This document shows positions 22,576 to 33,500 of a stretch of DNA of 64,000 bases, piece after piece. The notes beneath the pieces are model-generated. The model was not told the origin of the DNA and searched no databases. It saw only the letters and a program-made list of their open reading frames with translations. Origin of the DNA: a virus. The stretch lies in the IMG/VR virus record IMGVR_UViG_3300028283_000005, positions 2,863 through 66,862 of that record. The stretch is one strand, 5' to 3'. The position numbers were made by a program, and so were the translations under genes. The first letter of the stretch is position 1. Each line of letters starts with the position of its first letter.

Positions 22576-25500
22576 TTATAAATTTCTCATTGCTTTAAGA
22601 ATTGCTCCATTTCTTCCAGACTTCTCTCTCGGTTTCCTCGGAGCTTTTATTGGATTACCATCTTTATCATATAAAGTTTCCCAATCTTCAGGAAGAGCAG
22701 AAGTTTGTCCTGTATTATTTCCAGCCATATTAAACTGAGCAGGGCCATTCATATTCCATGCATGTTGATTTCTGTCATACCTGTAGTTATAGAGATTTTC
22801 ATAGGTGGCCAGTGTGCGATTCTGTAATTGATTCTGTAGATATTTATCTGATATTGAGGATAGTGCTTCTCTTGCTGTATCCTTTGTGTTAGATAATGCT
22901 TTGGCTTGTCTCTGATATTGTGTATCAAGAATGCCAAGATTCTTAAGTTGAGCATCGTTTAAGATGTTAGTGTTCTCTCCATAAATCTTATCCTTGAATT
23001 CTTGATTGATTCTGAACTGTTCTCCAAGCACCTTTGAATTAGCTCCATACTGTTGAGCAAGAAGATTGCTCTGTGCTGCAGGATTGTAGCCCATAAATCT
23101 CTGAGCACCTCTGGTAGCTGCTGTATTCTCATTAAGAATATCCTGTAATGAAAGCTCATAAGGAGTGCGAAGATTAGGTTGATATTGTTGTGCAGGCACA
23201 GGCTCCACCTGATTGGTAGCCAATGCATAATACTCACCAGTAAGCTGGCGTGGATCCAGTTCCTCTTTATTAGGAGGTAGGTAGTTCCCCATAGGATTAA
23301 TGAATTGAGACTTCTTAGGTTTCTCTGGATTAAGAGGTCCTTGCTCTATAGGTTTAATATCAGGAGGAGGAGTTGAAAGATTAAATTCTCCCGGACGAGG
23401 AATCATTCTTTGCACTCCCGGATCTTGTAAGCTTTGTCCATATTGAATTGTTCTTTTTCCCATGAGACCATCCATATTATTAGATTTCATTCTCGGATAA
23501 GCGTTATCAACTCTAGCTTTATACTTAGGAGCCAAATCTGCATATTTTCTTTGAAATTCTAATATATCTTCTTGAGTAGCTACTTTAGAACTAGCTTTAT
23601 CATACAATCCTTTTAATATTGTATAATTCTCATAACTCATCTTTGGAAGATCACTAAAGTTAGGAAGTTTGTTAGCAGAAGGATAACCAACTGGTCTCTT
23701 TTTATTAGTGGCATTTCCTGCTGCTACTACTTGTTCTTGTGTAGGTTTTACATCAGGAGGAGAAGTTGCTTTTGCTCTTGATATCTCATTTCCTTTTGCA
23801 TCATACGTAACAGTTAAGTTGCCTGTAGTAATTCCAAATGTTCCATCTGAATAATAATAACGAGTAGTTCCATCAGGAGCATTTACCACTCTGGTTCTAT
23901 CCTGAGCTTTAGGAACTTTAGCACCTTTCATTGCTGTTAGTTTTCCTCTTGATAATTTTTCTGGATCAATACCTCTTGCTTCAGCTTCTTTATTATGAAA
24001 GTTTTGCCAATCTGCAACATTATTTTTCTTTATTGCAATATCTTTTAGTTTCTGATCTGCTCCCTTGAAAGTAATTGCAAGTGTATCAAATTTAATTTTC
24101 TCATAAGGAGTTTTAGGGTTAAGGTCTTTTAACTCATTTGTAACCTTTTCTATAATCTTATTTTGTTTATTCTCCACCAATGAAAGATTATTAACATATT
24201 TCTTAACTGTTTTATTTTTTGCGTCAGGATCATTTAATAATTTGGCAACATCGCCATTCATATAATTGGCTCCAAATACAACTAAGTTCTTTTCTCCAGA
24301 TTCATCTGGTAATTGTACAGCAGGTTCATTATTTTCTACCTCTACGTTTGCATCTTGAGTGCTACCCCCTTCAGCATAATGTTGAAGTTCTCCCCCTTCT
24401 CCATATCTAACACCAATTCCTGTTCTTCCATCATTTCCTTCTTCATGTGACTTTCCCTTGAACATAACTGTTTCTTCTCCTAGATAAGGATTATAGGAAA
24501 TAGGTTCTGCATATCCTCCCCATAATGTCTCAAGTTCTCCATTATTCTCCATGTCTGAGTTCTGTCTTAATTGACCTCCTGTTCTTAATCCCACCACGCC
24601 TTTATATTTTTTATCTAACTCTTGATTACTGAGTCCTGTTGCCTTTTCTTTAAGAAGCATTGCTTGCTTACTTAATTTATCAAAATTTCCATATGAGGAT
24701 CCTAAAGAATCGCTAACTGCTCTATAATGTTTATATAGTTTTTCTTCTTCTGGACTAGATGGCCTTTCTCCCCTAATTTGATCAATTAAAAATTTTGAAG
24801 GTACTTCATTTTCTTCATTATGAGTACTATCACTTATTTTACTATATACTTCTCTATTCTGTTTACGAAGTTTCCAAATATCTTCTAATGGAAGTTTGTT
24901 AAGATCTTCATCTTTATAACTATTAAATTTATTATATGTATCTTTTACTATCATTTTATTTTTATCCCACACTCCCATAACTTCATTTATTCTTTCCTGA
25001 GGGGCAAATACAGCACCTCGTTCTGTTATTTGTTTCTCTTGCTCTTCTCTTTCTTTTGTATTAAGAGGTGCATATTCTCCATAAGTATCTTTAAGAGCAT
25101 ATATAGGATTTACTCCTCCATTTTGTTGTTTTATGTTTCCACCTGTTCTGGCGTTTGCATAATTTTGTGAATGCATTACATTTGCGACCTGTGCACCAGC
25201 CATTCTGTTTTGATTTGCTTCTGCTTGCAGCATGGCTTTATCTCCTCCCTTCCGTCTTAATATACCACCAAGCCCTTCTCCTAATACCATACCAACAGCA
25301 CTTCCTATTGGCCCAAATATGCCACCTACGGTACTTCCTATATTTCCAGCTGCACTTGCCTGCTTATTATCCAGTCCGGGGATAGCAGCCATTCCTGATG
25401 CTGTAGTTTTTGCTGCTTGAGTAATATTGTTTGCCATTGGAGTGGATTTTGTTGGATCAGTTTTAAATGTATCACTGCCCAGAATAGCGTTACCCATGCC

Positions 25501-26436
25501 TTTTAAATTATTTCCAACAAAAGAATTTTTTTCATTAGGGTTTGATCCTGTGGAAGTATTATCCATTCCATTTTGAGCTTTTGGGATAATGCTTCCATCT
25601 CTGGATCTAATGTAATTTGGAGAAAAATTATTTCTCATTATATGTTGACTAGGATCAAGGGTGGTAGTTTCTGTAGTGGTGCCACCAAGAAGTCCACTAA
25701 TCATTCCCATTATGCCACTACTTCCACCTTTACTACTAAGAAGATTTGTAACAATACTTCCAAAATTTGCTTGAGGAATACCTCCACCATTATAATATGC
25801 TTTTATTCTATTGGTTTCATCGAGGGGTTCGTATCCCATATTGGAATAGATATCATGAGGAGCAAACGTATTTGCTATTTCTCCTCCTCTTCTTGATATT
25901 GTAATACCATCTCTTCCAAGAAGATTGGTTCCTGTTCCTTCAGCTGGCATTGATTGATTAATGTCAGCTACTTTGGCATCCTTGTCAGGTCTATTATATT
26001 CCCTATTCTGTTGCCGTGGAGCAGATTGCGCTGCCTGAAGTTGAATATTACTGAGGGCACCTGCTCTCTCTTTCTTCTTGTTTTCATTTGTATCAAACAA
26101 ATCCACTACACTTTGCACCAACCCTCCGACAATAGGAATGTCCTTAACAACTCCTGCAATAGCGTCCCCTGTTGTTGTCTTGGGAGTGCCTGTTGATAGA
26201 TTTGAAATAGCACTCTGTACATCAGCATCTGTAGTAGCTGCTGTACTCATTCCAGCATTCTGCTGATTATAGCCACCTTGTGTAGTCCCAGTTTGAGCTT
26301 TCTTGATATTATTACCAAGCATAGCCTTCTTAAAGGCTTTTCCATGAATCTTCATAAAAGAAGCTTCATCAGGAAATAAACGATAAAATTCTTTTTGGCT
26401 GGTAACTCCTGCCATTTTGAGCATCTGATTCTTCAT
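22576..26436 (-). CDS. Internal cargo/DNA-ejection protein with Gly-rich hydrophobic segments
   Basis: 1286 aa; GSTVGGIFGPIGSAVGMVLGEGLGG membrane-like segment; GKSHEEG..EVENNE motif; many xxGG/AQxG motifs; Q/N-rich coiled C-terminus. Confidence 0.6.
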   Translation of the reverse strand: MKNQMLKMAGVTSQKEFYRLFPDEASFMKIHGKAFKKAMLGNNIKKAQTGTTQGGYNQQNAGMSTAATTDADVQSAISNLSTGTPKTTTGDAIAGVVKDIPIVGGLVQSVVDLFDTNENKKKERAGALSNIQLQAAQSAPRQQNREYNRPDKDAKVADINQSMPAEGTGTNLLGRDGITISRRGGEIANTFAPHDIYSNMGYEPLDETNRIKAYYNGGGIPQANFGSIVTNLLSSKGGSSGIMGMISGLLGGTTTETTTLDPSQHIMRNNFSPNYIRSRDGSIIPKAQNGMDNTSTGSNPNEKNSFVGNNLKGMGNAILGSDTFKTDPTKSTPMANNITQAAKTTASGMAAIPGLDNKQASAAGNIGSTVGGIFGPIGSAVGMVLGEGLGGILRRKGGDKAMLQAEANQNRMAGAQVANVMHSQNYANARTGGNIKQQNGGVNPIYALKDTYGEYAPLNTKEREEQEKQITERGAVFAPQERINEVMGVWDKNKMIVKDTYNKFNSYKDEDLNKLPLEDIWKLRKQNREVYSKISDSTHNEENEVPSKFLIDQIRGERPSSPEEEKLYKHYRAVSDSLGSSYGNFDKLSKQAMLLKEKATGLSNQELDKKYKGVVGLRTGGQLRQNSDMENNGELETLWGGYAEPISYNPYLGEETVMFKGKSHEEGNDGRTGIGVRYGEGGELQHYAEGGSTQDANVEVENNEPAVQLPDESGEKNLVVFGANYMNGDVAKLLNDPDAKNKTVKKYVNNLSLVENKQNKIIEKVTNELKDLNPKTPYEKIKFDTLAITFKGADQKLKDIAIKKNNVADWQNFHNKEAEARGIDPEKLSRGKLTAMKGAKVPKAQDRTRVVNAPDGTTRYYYSDGTFGITTGNLTVTYDAKGNEISRAKATSPPDVKPTQEQVVAAGNATNKKRPVGYPSANKLPNFSDLPKMSYENYTILKGLYDKASSKVATQEDILEFQRKYADLAPKYKARVDNAYPRMKSNNMDGLMGKRTIQYGQSLQDPGVQRMIPRPGEFNLSTPPPDIKPIEQGPLNPEKPKKSQFINPMGNYLPPNKEELDPRQLTGEYYALATNQVEPVPAQQYQPNLRTPYELSLQDILNENTAATRGAQRFMGYNPAAQSNLLAQQYGANSKVLGEQFRINQEFKDKIYGENTNILNDAQLKNLGILDTQYQRQAKALSNTKDTAREALSSISDKYLQNQLQNRTLATYENLYNYRYDRNQHAWNMNGPAQFNMAGNNTGQTSALPEDWETLYDKDGNPIKAPRKPREKSGRNGAILKAMRNL

Positions 26437-26437
26437 A

Positions 26438-29400
26438 TCAAGAATATTTGTTAAGCCATTTACCTGACTTAGTATTTGTAAAGTTAGTCAATTCGTTTAA
26501 ATCATTAATTCCATATTTTGCAATAGGATATTCTTTTACTTTCTTCCCTTTGAATATATAATCATTCCCGGGATACATCATTTGTTTCTGTCCTTCATCT
26601 GATACTCCAAGCAATGGTTGATCAACTCCTTTCATGGTAATATTTGGAGAATCTATTTCCACAATCTTTCCAAAATTCTTAGGATTCCAGTAGCCAAGGT
26701 TGTCCTTCACTACTCCTCCATCTTTTTTCTTCTGAAGAAATGTATCTATATATTGCATTTGATTGAAAAGCTTCTTCTCATATCTTGGGTCTTTAGCATA
26801 TCTATATCCTTTAACGTTTATAAAAGATTTAGGTTTTAGTAAATCCTCAGGAGACTTTTGCCCTTCATTCAAATAATCTTTATGTATAAGCTCCACATAT
26901 GCATCAATAGCTTCTCTTGGTGAATTAAAATCTCTTGTCTTTCCCTCTGTTGTATTTCCAATATTGAATATGTTGTTCTTGCTCTTAAGTTTTGTTCCTA
27001 TCTTAGTTTCTTGCTGTGCCTGTGTAAGAAGAAGATTCAATGGCATTTTAAAATCTGTCTTCTGATAATAGTCATAGGCAGCATCTGCTATATCCTTTGG
27101 TTTTACTATAGAATTTTTAAATGCAGGTCTGGATAAATATCTTTCAGCCTGAGACATATATGTGGGATAATCAAATTGTCTATCAATAATTTCCTGTCGT
27201 ATAGCCTGAGCTTTACTTGGATCTACTGTAGGAGTCATATAAGTAGCGTCGTTCTTTGCAATAAGAGAGCCGTTCTGACTAATTGTTTTTGGTTTGAAAT
27301 CCTGTCCATGTTGATAATAAGACATCTCTCCACCATTTTGCATTCCTACCTCTTCAGATTTTTGGTTTAATCCTATTCCTACTCCTGTTGTAGTTAATGT
27401 TGTACGATTCATTATATCGAATACTTTTTTATAGTCTGAAGATTTATTAAGTTTATAAGTATCTATTAGCCATTTTTTATCCCCAGTATAACCACTAATC
27501 ATAGATTTAAACTTATTAACCCCCGGATACTTACTACCAATCTTTATTCCAAGTTCACTACCTAAATCTAAAGTGTTAGTTAATATCTCTGGTTCATTCT
27601 CTAAATATAAATCTAAGTTCTCTATTTTATATTTATTTCCTATTTGTGTTAATTCTTCTGGTGACTTTATTACTCTTTGTAATTTTTCAGCTTCAATTGG
27701 CATTAAATCTCCTTGAGTTTGATATGCTGCATGAGTTCCTTCATGTCTTGCTGTTCTTATTGTGCTTTCTGGAGATTGTCTGGATTGAATCCACATTGAA
27801 TGAGGTTCTGGATTAGTACTTACTATCATTTGTCCTTGTACATTCTCAGGAACAGGTCTTCCAAAATTATCAAAATTCTTATCAGAATACCTTATTGATG
27901 ATGGATGTTTTGTTTGTGCTATACGATAATCGTTCCAATTATCAACATTTCTTTTTTCAAATCTTAAATCCATACCTTTTTTATGTCTCCAAGTATTCCA
28001 TCCTAATCTATCACTAATAGCAACATTATTATCAAAAGCTTCTTTAACTGTTGGGTTAGTTGCCATACTTCGAGCTTCGTTAATTCCTTGTTTTATATTA
28101 TCAAAACTACCATATGGGTTTACTGGTAATTCAGATACACTAATAGAATTAGTTGGAACTTCTTTTAATCCTTCTATCTTTTCTAATCCATTTGCTATTT
28201 TTGGAGCAAATTTGTTCATTCCTTGTCCTACTAATTCTGCAGCAGCATAATTAGTAAGAGCTTCTCCTAACTGCCCTATACGACTATTCCATTTATCAGG
28301 AGCATCTGATCTATTAGCTTTAAGTTGCTCCTCTGTCGTATGAGGAATCATACCAAGTGAATATTTCTGTAGCCAATCAGCTGCCTGAGGACTTACTCCT
28401 GATACAGCATCCCCTATAGCGCTTCCACCTAATGTACCTACAGCATTTAATAATCTTGTTCCAAAATCAGTAGAAATATTACTAAAAGAATTATCATCAG
28501 AAGAATTAGATTCTCTTTGTTGCATTATCTGATGAGCTTTCTCTTGAGCAATTTTTTGTCTTTCTTCAAAAGAAGGCATTGTTATACCTGTTTGAGCCTG
28601 ATCATATTTATTAAGCCATCCTCCATTCTTCTTCTTTGGAGCCATTCTTGGAATCAAATCATTATCCACAACAGGTTGTTTATTGCCTTTTGCATCAATA
28701 ATGTACATAGGTTTACCATCCTGACTGTGAAATACTTTCACCCCTGTATATCCCGGAAGATCTGTTGTAAATCCATTGGGAATAGGTCTTGGATTGATTG
28801 TAGGTTGTGAAACAATAGATTGAGTAACTTCTCTTGGTTGTATTGGATTTATCCCAAATTGAGAAGGATTATAAACTGGTTTTTTAATATTAGGAAAAAT
28901 TGGTTTTTGGTATTCCTCAGCATGATCTATATATTGAGGGCCATCTTCAGTTGTTCCTATATAAAACTTACCTTTTGTTATCCCAATAGGTTTCGGGGGT
29001 TCTCCATTTAATTTAGTAAGTCTTTCCCATGCTGCTGAAAATGTATTATCTAAATCATAACTTACATGATTATTTCTTCTAACATCTGCACGTTGTCTAA
29101 ATTTAAGATCAGATACAGCTAAACTATCTCTACATGCTTGTAATCTTGGGTTTTTATTATAAGCAACTAAACTATCATTATAAGCTTGTTGTCTTGGAGA
29201 TACTCCAGAGATAGTTACAGAAGGAAGTGTTGTTCCTCCATTCTGAAATTGTCCTCCCCAAGCTGGGGAATAATTCCTGCCACGGTTTGTTGTTCCAAGA
29301 AAGCCACCATTTTCATAATCTTTTCCCCACCACTTTGCAGGAGAAGGAAGTGCCTCATGCTTTTCTACATAAGGATGCCTGACGTTTTTATCCCATTCAT

Positions 29401-29662
29401 CAGCTTCTTGCCATGTTTTAAAAGGGCCTCCTAAATGTTCTCCTGTTCTCTCATATTCTTCTAAAGGATTTGATAAAGGATGCCCATATTTGAATGTAGG
29501 GATGAGGTAGGCTGGTTCTCCTTGTTCTCCACCAATAGAAGAAGCTAACTCTGAATTGTTAGCTTCAGGTTGAAAAGGAATTAGTCTCCCTGATGGTAAT
29601 TTCTTATCATTAGGTTCAAGGAACTTCTTTTTCCCATCTGAATATTTATCCAACCAGCCCAT
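26438..29662 (-). CDS. Modular virion protein with a zincin domain and a GH73/glucosaminidase-like peptidoglycan hydrolase domain
   Basis: 1074 aa; RHEGTHA; LLTQAQQET..KNNIFNIG..FNSPREAIDAYVELI..YAKDPRYEKKL. Confidence 0.65.
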   Translation of the reverse strand: MGWLDKYSDGKKKFLEPNDKKLPSGRLIPFQPEANNSELASSIGGEQGEPAYLIPTFKYGHPLSNPLEEYERTGEHLGGPFKTWQEADEWDKNVRHPYVEKHEALPSPAKWWGKDYENGGFLGTTNRGRNYSPAWGGQFQNGGTTLPSVTISGVSPRQQAYNDSLVAYNKNPRLQACRDSLAVSDLKFRQRADVRRNNHVSYDLDNTFSAAWERLTKLNGEPPKPIGITKGKFYIGTTEDGPQYIDHAEEYQKPIFPNIKKPVYNPSQFGINPIQPREVTQSIVSQPTINPRPIPNGFTTDLPGYTGVKVFHSQDGKPMYIIDAKGNKQPVVDNDLIPRMAPKKKNGGWLNKYDQAQTGITMPSFEERQKIAQEKAHQIMQQRESNSSDDNSFSNISTDFGTRLLNAVGTLGGSAIGDAVSGVSPQAADWLQKYSLGMIPHTTEEQLKANRSDAPDKWNSRIGQLGEALTNYAAAELVGQGMNKFAPKIANGLEKIEGLKEVPTNSISVSELPVNPYGSFDNIKQGINEARSMATNPTVKEAFDNNVAISDRLGWNTWRHKKGMDLRFEKRNVDNWNDYRIAQTKHPSSIRYSDKNFDNFGRPVPENVQGQMIVSTNPEPHSMWIQSRQSPESTIRTARHEGTHAAYQTQGDLMPIEAEKLQRVIKSPEELTQIGNKYKIENLDLYLENEPEILTNTLDLGSELGIKIGSKYPGVNKFKSMISGYTGDKKWLIDTYKLNKSSDYKKVFDIMNRTTLTTTGVGIGLNQKSEEVGMQNGGEMSYYQHGQDFKPKTISQNGSLIAKNDATYMTPTVDPSKAQAIRQEIIDRQFDYPTYMSQAERYLSRPAFKNSIVKPKDIADAAYDYYQKTDFKMPLNLLLTQAQQETKIGTKLKSKNNIFNIGNTTEGKTRDFNSPREAIDAYVELIHKDYLNEGQKSPEDLLKPKSFINVKGYRYAKDPRYEKKLFNQMQYIDTFLQKKKDGGVVKDNLGYWNPKNFGKIVEIDSPNITMKGVDQPLLGVSDEGQKQMMYPGNDYIFKGKKVKEYPIAKYGINDLNELTNFTNTKSGKWLNKYS

Positions 29663-29665
29663 AGA

Positions 29666-30529
29666 TTATTTGTAAGAGATTTGAGTTGACCCAATTATAA
29701 ATTGTGAAACTATATGAGTTGTACATGAATTATCTAATATCATTCTTACCTTCAAATTTTTAGCTCTTAACGTTGCCTTTTGAAAACTTCTTATAGTATA
29801 ATCCATGTTAGCATCATTAATCACCTTATCAATAGAAAGAGATTCACATGATGTAAGAAACATAGGAACCTGAGAAGATTTATTGAGAGTCCAGAATGTA
29901 TTAAAATTATAAAATGAGTCTGATTTAGTAAATAGAATTGTTTTACTGTTTGCATTGAATTTTGGGTAACTCATATACTCCTTCATATTATGGAGGGGTT
30001 TTGCCACAAGTTCCAATAATCCTGAACTCTGTTGATCATTATAAAGAATACTCTTGTTAAAGTACTTAGTGTCCGTCTCTATTTTAGTGTTGTAATTAAA
30101 TACACCATCTACAATAGGAAGATATTCATACACTTTATCATATGATTTTATATTCTGAAGGAGCTCATCCTGCATCTTAAAAGAAAAAGGATATTCTATT
30201 ATATAGGGATGTGTCTTTCCATAGAAGGAATTATACAACTGTATGTTTGTCAAGTGTCTCCATATACAACCTGTTTTCATTTCAGTATATGAAGTTGTCA
30301 GATATTGTTGTATAGTAGTTTCTGTAACAGAAATAATCTTTTCATACTGACAATCTCCTGTAGAAACTATCTTAATAGCAATCACAGCATCATTTACTAT
30401 AAAAGCAAGTCCTCCTACTAAATCTTTTTTAGACACATTTGTATCTATGATATGATTACTTTGATCATAGATATTAAATGGTCCGGAAGTAGGGCCTGCT
30501 TTGGTAAGTTTTATGAAAACTGTTTTCAT
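29666..30529 (-). CDS. C-terminal part of the tail stabilisation/muzzle protein, preceded by a ~70-aa beta-rich module
   Basis: Likely start MKTVFIKL at 30529 (ATGA overlap with upstream stop); IWRH..YNSFYG..PYIIEY and LRAK..VRMILDN resemble the muzzle C-terminus. Confidence 0.65.
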   Translation of the reverse strand: MKTVFIKLTKAGPTSGPFNIYDQSNHIIDTNVSKKDLVGGLAFIVNDAVIAIKIVSTGDCQYEKIISVTETTIQQYLTTSYTEMKTGCIWRHLTNIQLYNSFYGKTHPYIIEYPFSFKMQDELLQNIKSYDKVYEYLPIVDGVFNYNTKIETDTKYFNKSILYNDQQSSGLLELVAKPLHNMKEYMSYPKFNANSKTILFTKSDSFYNFNTFWTLNKSSQVPMFLTSCESLSIDKVINDANMDYTIRSFQKATLRAKNLKVRMILDNSCTTHIVSQFIIGSTQISYK

Positions 30530-33500
30530 ATCGTTGTTGTTGTCGTCGTTGTAGAAGCTAATACAAAAATAACTGTTGTAGTGGTGGTAGTAGTAGAAGG
30601 AGGAGATGTAGTGATAATAGTAGTGGTGGTAGTTGTTACTCCCGGACAATATAACCTAAATTTATATAAGGAGTTCACTATCGCTGAATAAATATGTAAA
30701 TAAGCATTTGCTGGAGTTGCTGCAGATTTACTAAATGATGACACACCGCTTGTAGAATGAGTTACCCGAGGATACCCGTCATCTGGATAAGTTACTAAAT
30801 CAGGATAAACATTATTTGTTATAGGATCAACTTTCCCTAATAAATTGAAATTGAAGACAGATCTGTTTACTCCACCAAAATCATAATCTTCTGATCCATA
30901 ATAACCTGTATCAATAACTACTCCACTATTCCATTCTATTATAAACCTATCTGGAGAAACATCTGCATTGAAATCAAAAAGTGATATTCCTGTAGCGCTT
31001 CCTAAGTTTATTTCATGAGTGTTTATATATGCACTTCCACTATCGTAAGCTAAAAGTATTCCACACTCTTCTATAATAGGAGATAGTGTTGTGGTGGTAG
31101 ATGTAGTGGAAGTGGTGGTAGATGCAGGTATACATGAGGATCTCTCAGTAATAATACCATTTACTACATGAAATACTATATTGGAATACATTAATTCATC
31201 AGTAAAATACCATCCATCAGGAACAACATTACAATCAGTAAGATATGCTCCTAAATATACAATATGTCCTACAGCAATTGTAGTTGTCTGACAACTTAAT
31301 GATGTAATGGTTAATCCATTAGGATCTAAATCATTATCATAAGTTAAAAGGAAATTTTCAGCACTGCAAGCTTCTTCTTTACTTCCTGTTGATACACATA
31401 TTACAGGGGGAGTAGTGAGTGTATATCCTTTAATGAATCTATAATTGGTAAGTCCTGTTGGTCTCTGGCACACATACATTGTAGTAGTTGTTGAGGTTGT
31501 ACTTGTTGTAGATGTAGTGGTAGAAGATGATGTAGATGTAGTTGTACTGGTTGTAGCTGCATGAGTTGTAGTTGTACTGGTTGTAGGAGAATAGACAGTG
31601 GTAGTTGTACTAGTGGTACTGGTTGTACTCGTAGTGGTTACCATTATAGCAGCAACAAAATCAATATCTTCACAACATCCGTTAATTCCTGAATAGAAGA
31701 AATTGTTCTCTGCTATGTACCAATTGGGAACATAACTATGAAAACTAATCCAACTTTTTGTATTCATGTTATATGAAAGTGTCCAAGATTTATTACAGAA
31801 ATAAGTGGGATCATTCAAAGAAATAATCACTCTTTGCTTATATTCATATTCTGGGCAACCTAAACTCGTGGTTGTAGTTGATGTAGTGGGAAAGGAAGGA
31901 GGAGTAGGTATATCTCCTGAGTATGCAATTCCAAAAAGGTCACAACCACACACTCTCATTGTAGTTATGTTCTCAATATAAAACTCTCTTGTATCAGCAT
32001 CATATTTTACATTTGGATCAATTGGTATATAGTCGAGTTTAGTAATGATGAGCCTGTCAAACTTACTATCATACACTCCATGTAAACCAATCCCATTGAA
32101 ATGATTATCCGTATCTACTGTTGGAAAATATCTGAGAATTTCAAAAGCTAAATGATCGGTGAAGAATCTGTTTAATCCGGAGCCAAAACCAGAGAGGTCT
32201 ACTGCATTTGATGCTCCATTTAATAGAAATACTTGTCCTCTTTTTGCATCCACTGTTAATTGTCCTTGTGGAATTTTCAAGAGCATTTTGTTCTGGCTTC
32301 CTATATAACCAAGATCTGTTTCAGCGAAGTCAATTGGGGGAGACTTCTTGAACATGTAGGGGTTTCCTATATAAGCTGCTTGAGGGTTGGTTGTATCAAT
32401 AGTAAGCAGGTTATCATAGAGTAGTGTTTTATTCTCAAATCTTGCAAGAATTGCCTTATTCTGAATACCGTCGAGAGCTATTAATTTTCCATAATTCTGT
32501 GGAAAATCAAAGTATGACAATGCCCTGTAATTAAGCCACGCATTCACTCTATTATCAGAGTCGGTATTCTGCGAGTCAGAATAGATTGCTCTAAAGGGAT
32601 ATAATGTAAAACATAATTTATCTTCCCAATCCAAAGGGAGATGAGTAAATACGTTTTCCTTGTTTTGCTTAGAGAAGGTGGTATTATAATAATACGTGTT
32701 GTCTTGAGCAATAGGAACAAGACTTTCCTGTACCCAATCATCAGGAATATAATTTGTTACATGAGGAAAGAAGTCACCTTCCTTGTTATTAAATGCTTGC
32801 CTAAGATCTACATTAACCGAACTCTCACAATAGAAATTAGGAATACCATAAGCAAATAAGTAGAAATATCCATTGTAATATGTTCTTCCGGGAGCAGAGG
32901 TTGAGTCTGATCCTCCCTGATTATTAGGACAATCAAAATTATGAGCCTTGTACGATATAATGTTAGTTAAAGGAGAAAGAGATGCGTCAGGTTTTTCAAG
33001 AATATCAGAACTCAATGTAAAACTTTTGAGTATAGATCTTGCTGAATGCCAATACTTCGGAAAACCAATATTTCCAATTTCATCATAAAAGATATCACTA
33101 TCGTCAGGAGCATTCACCCTATTATCAAGAAAGAAAGGAAGTTTGGTTTTAAATGCAAACCGATTAATAAAGGTATCCCCTCCAAAAACAGTATTATAAG
33201 ATGTATCTATAAATGTATTCTGATATCCCGTATCAATAGTATTATAAGAATAAATCTGTCCCCATTGATTTATAAAATAACTCTTGATGGAAGCATAATA
33301 GGACACAACAGAGATGTCTATTTCCTTGCTAGGATTGGTACAAGAGTTAGCTCCAGATACAGTTTGCCTTGATATGTCGGTCACCTTTGGGAGACCTCCT
33401 GAGAGCATATTAGGACTATGATCTGGAAAAGGTAATGGAGGAATCAGTGGAGGAACTGTAGAATCTAATGCACCTACTGTTCTTAGGTAAATAGATGTTT

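Noticed and set aside
30530-30649. His/Tyr-rich N-terminal extension of the 327-aa ORF
   Set aside because: Off-frame reading of the upstream Thr tract; the ATGA-coupled start at 30529 is more plausible
30452-30691. Plus-strand poly-Val ORF
   Set aside because: Antisense shadow of ACN threonine codons
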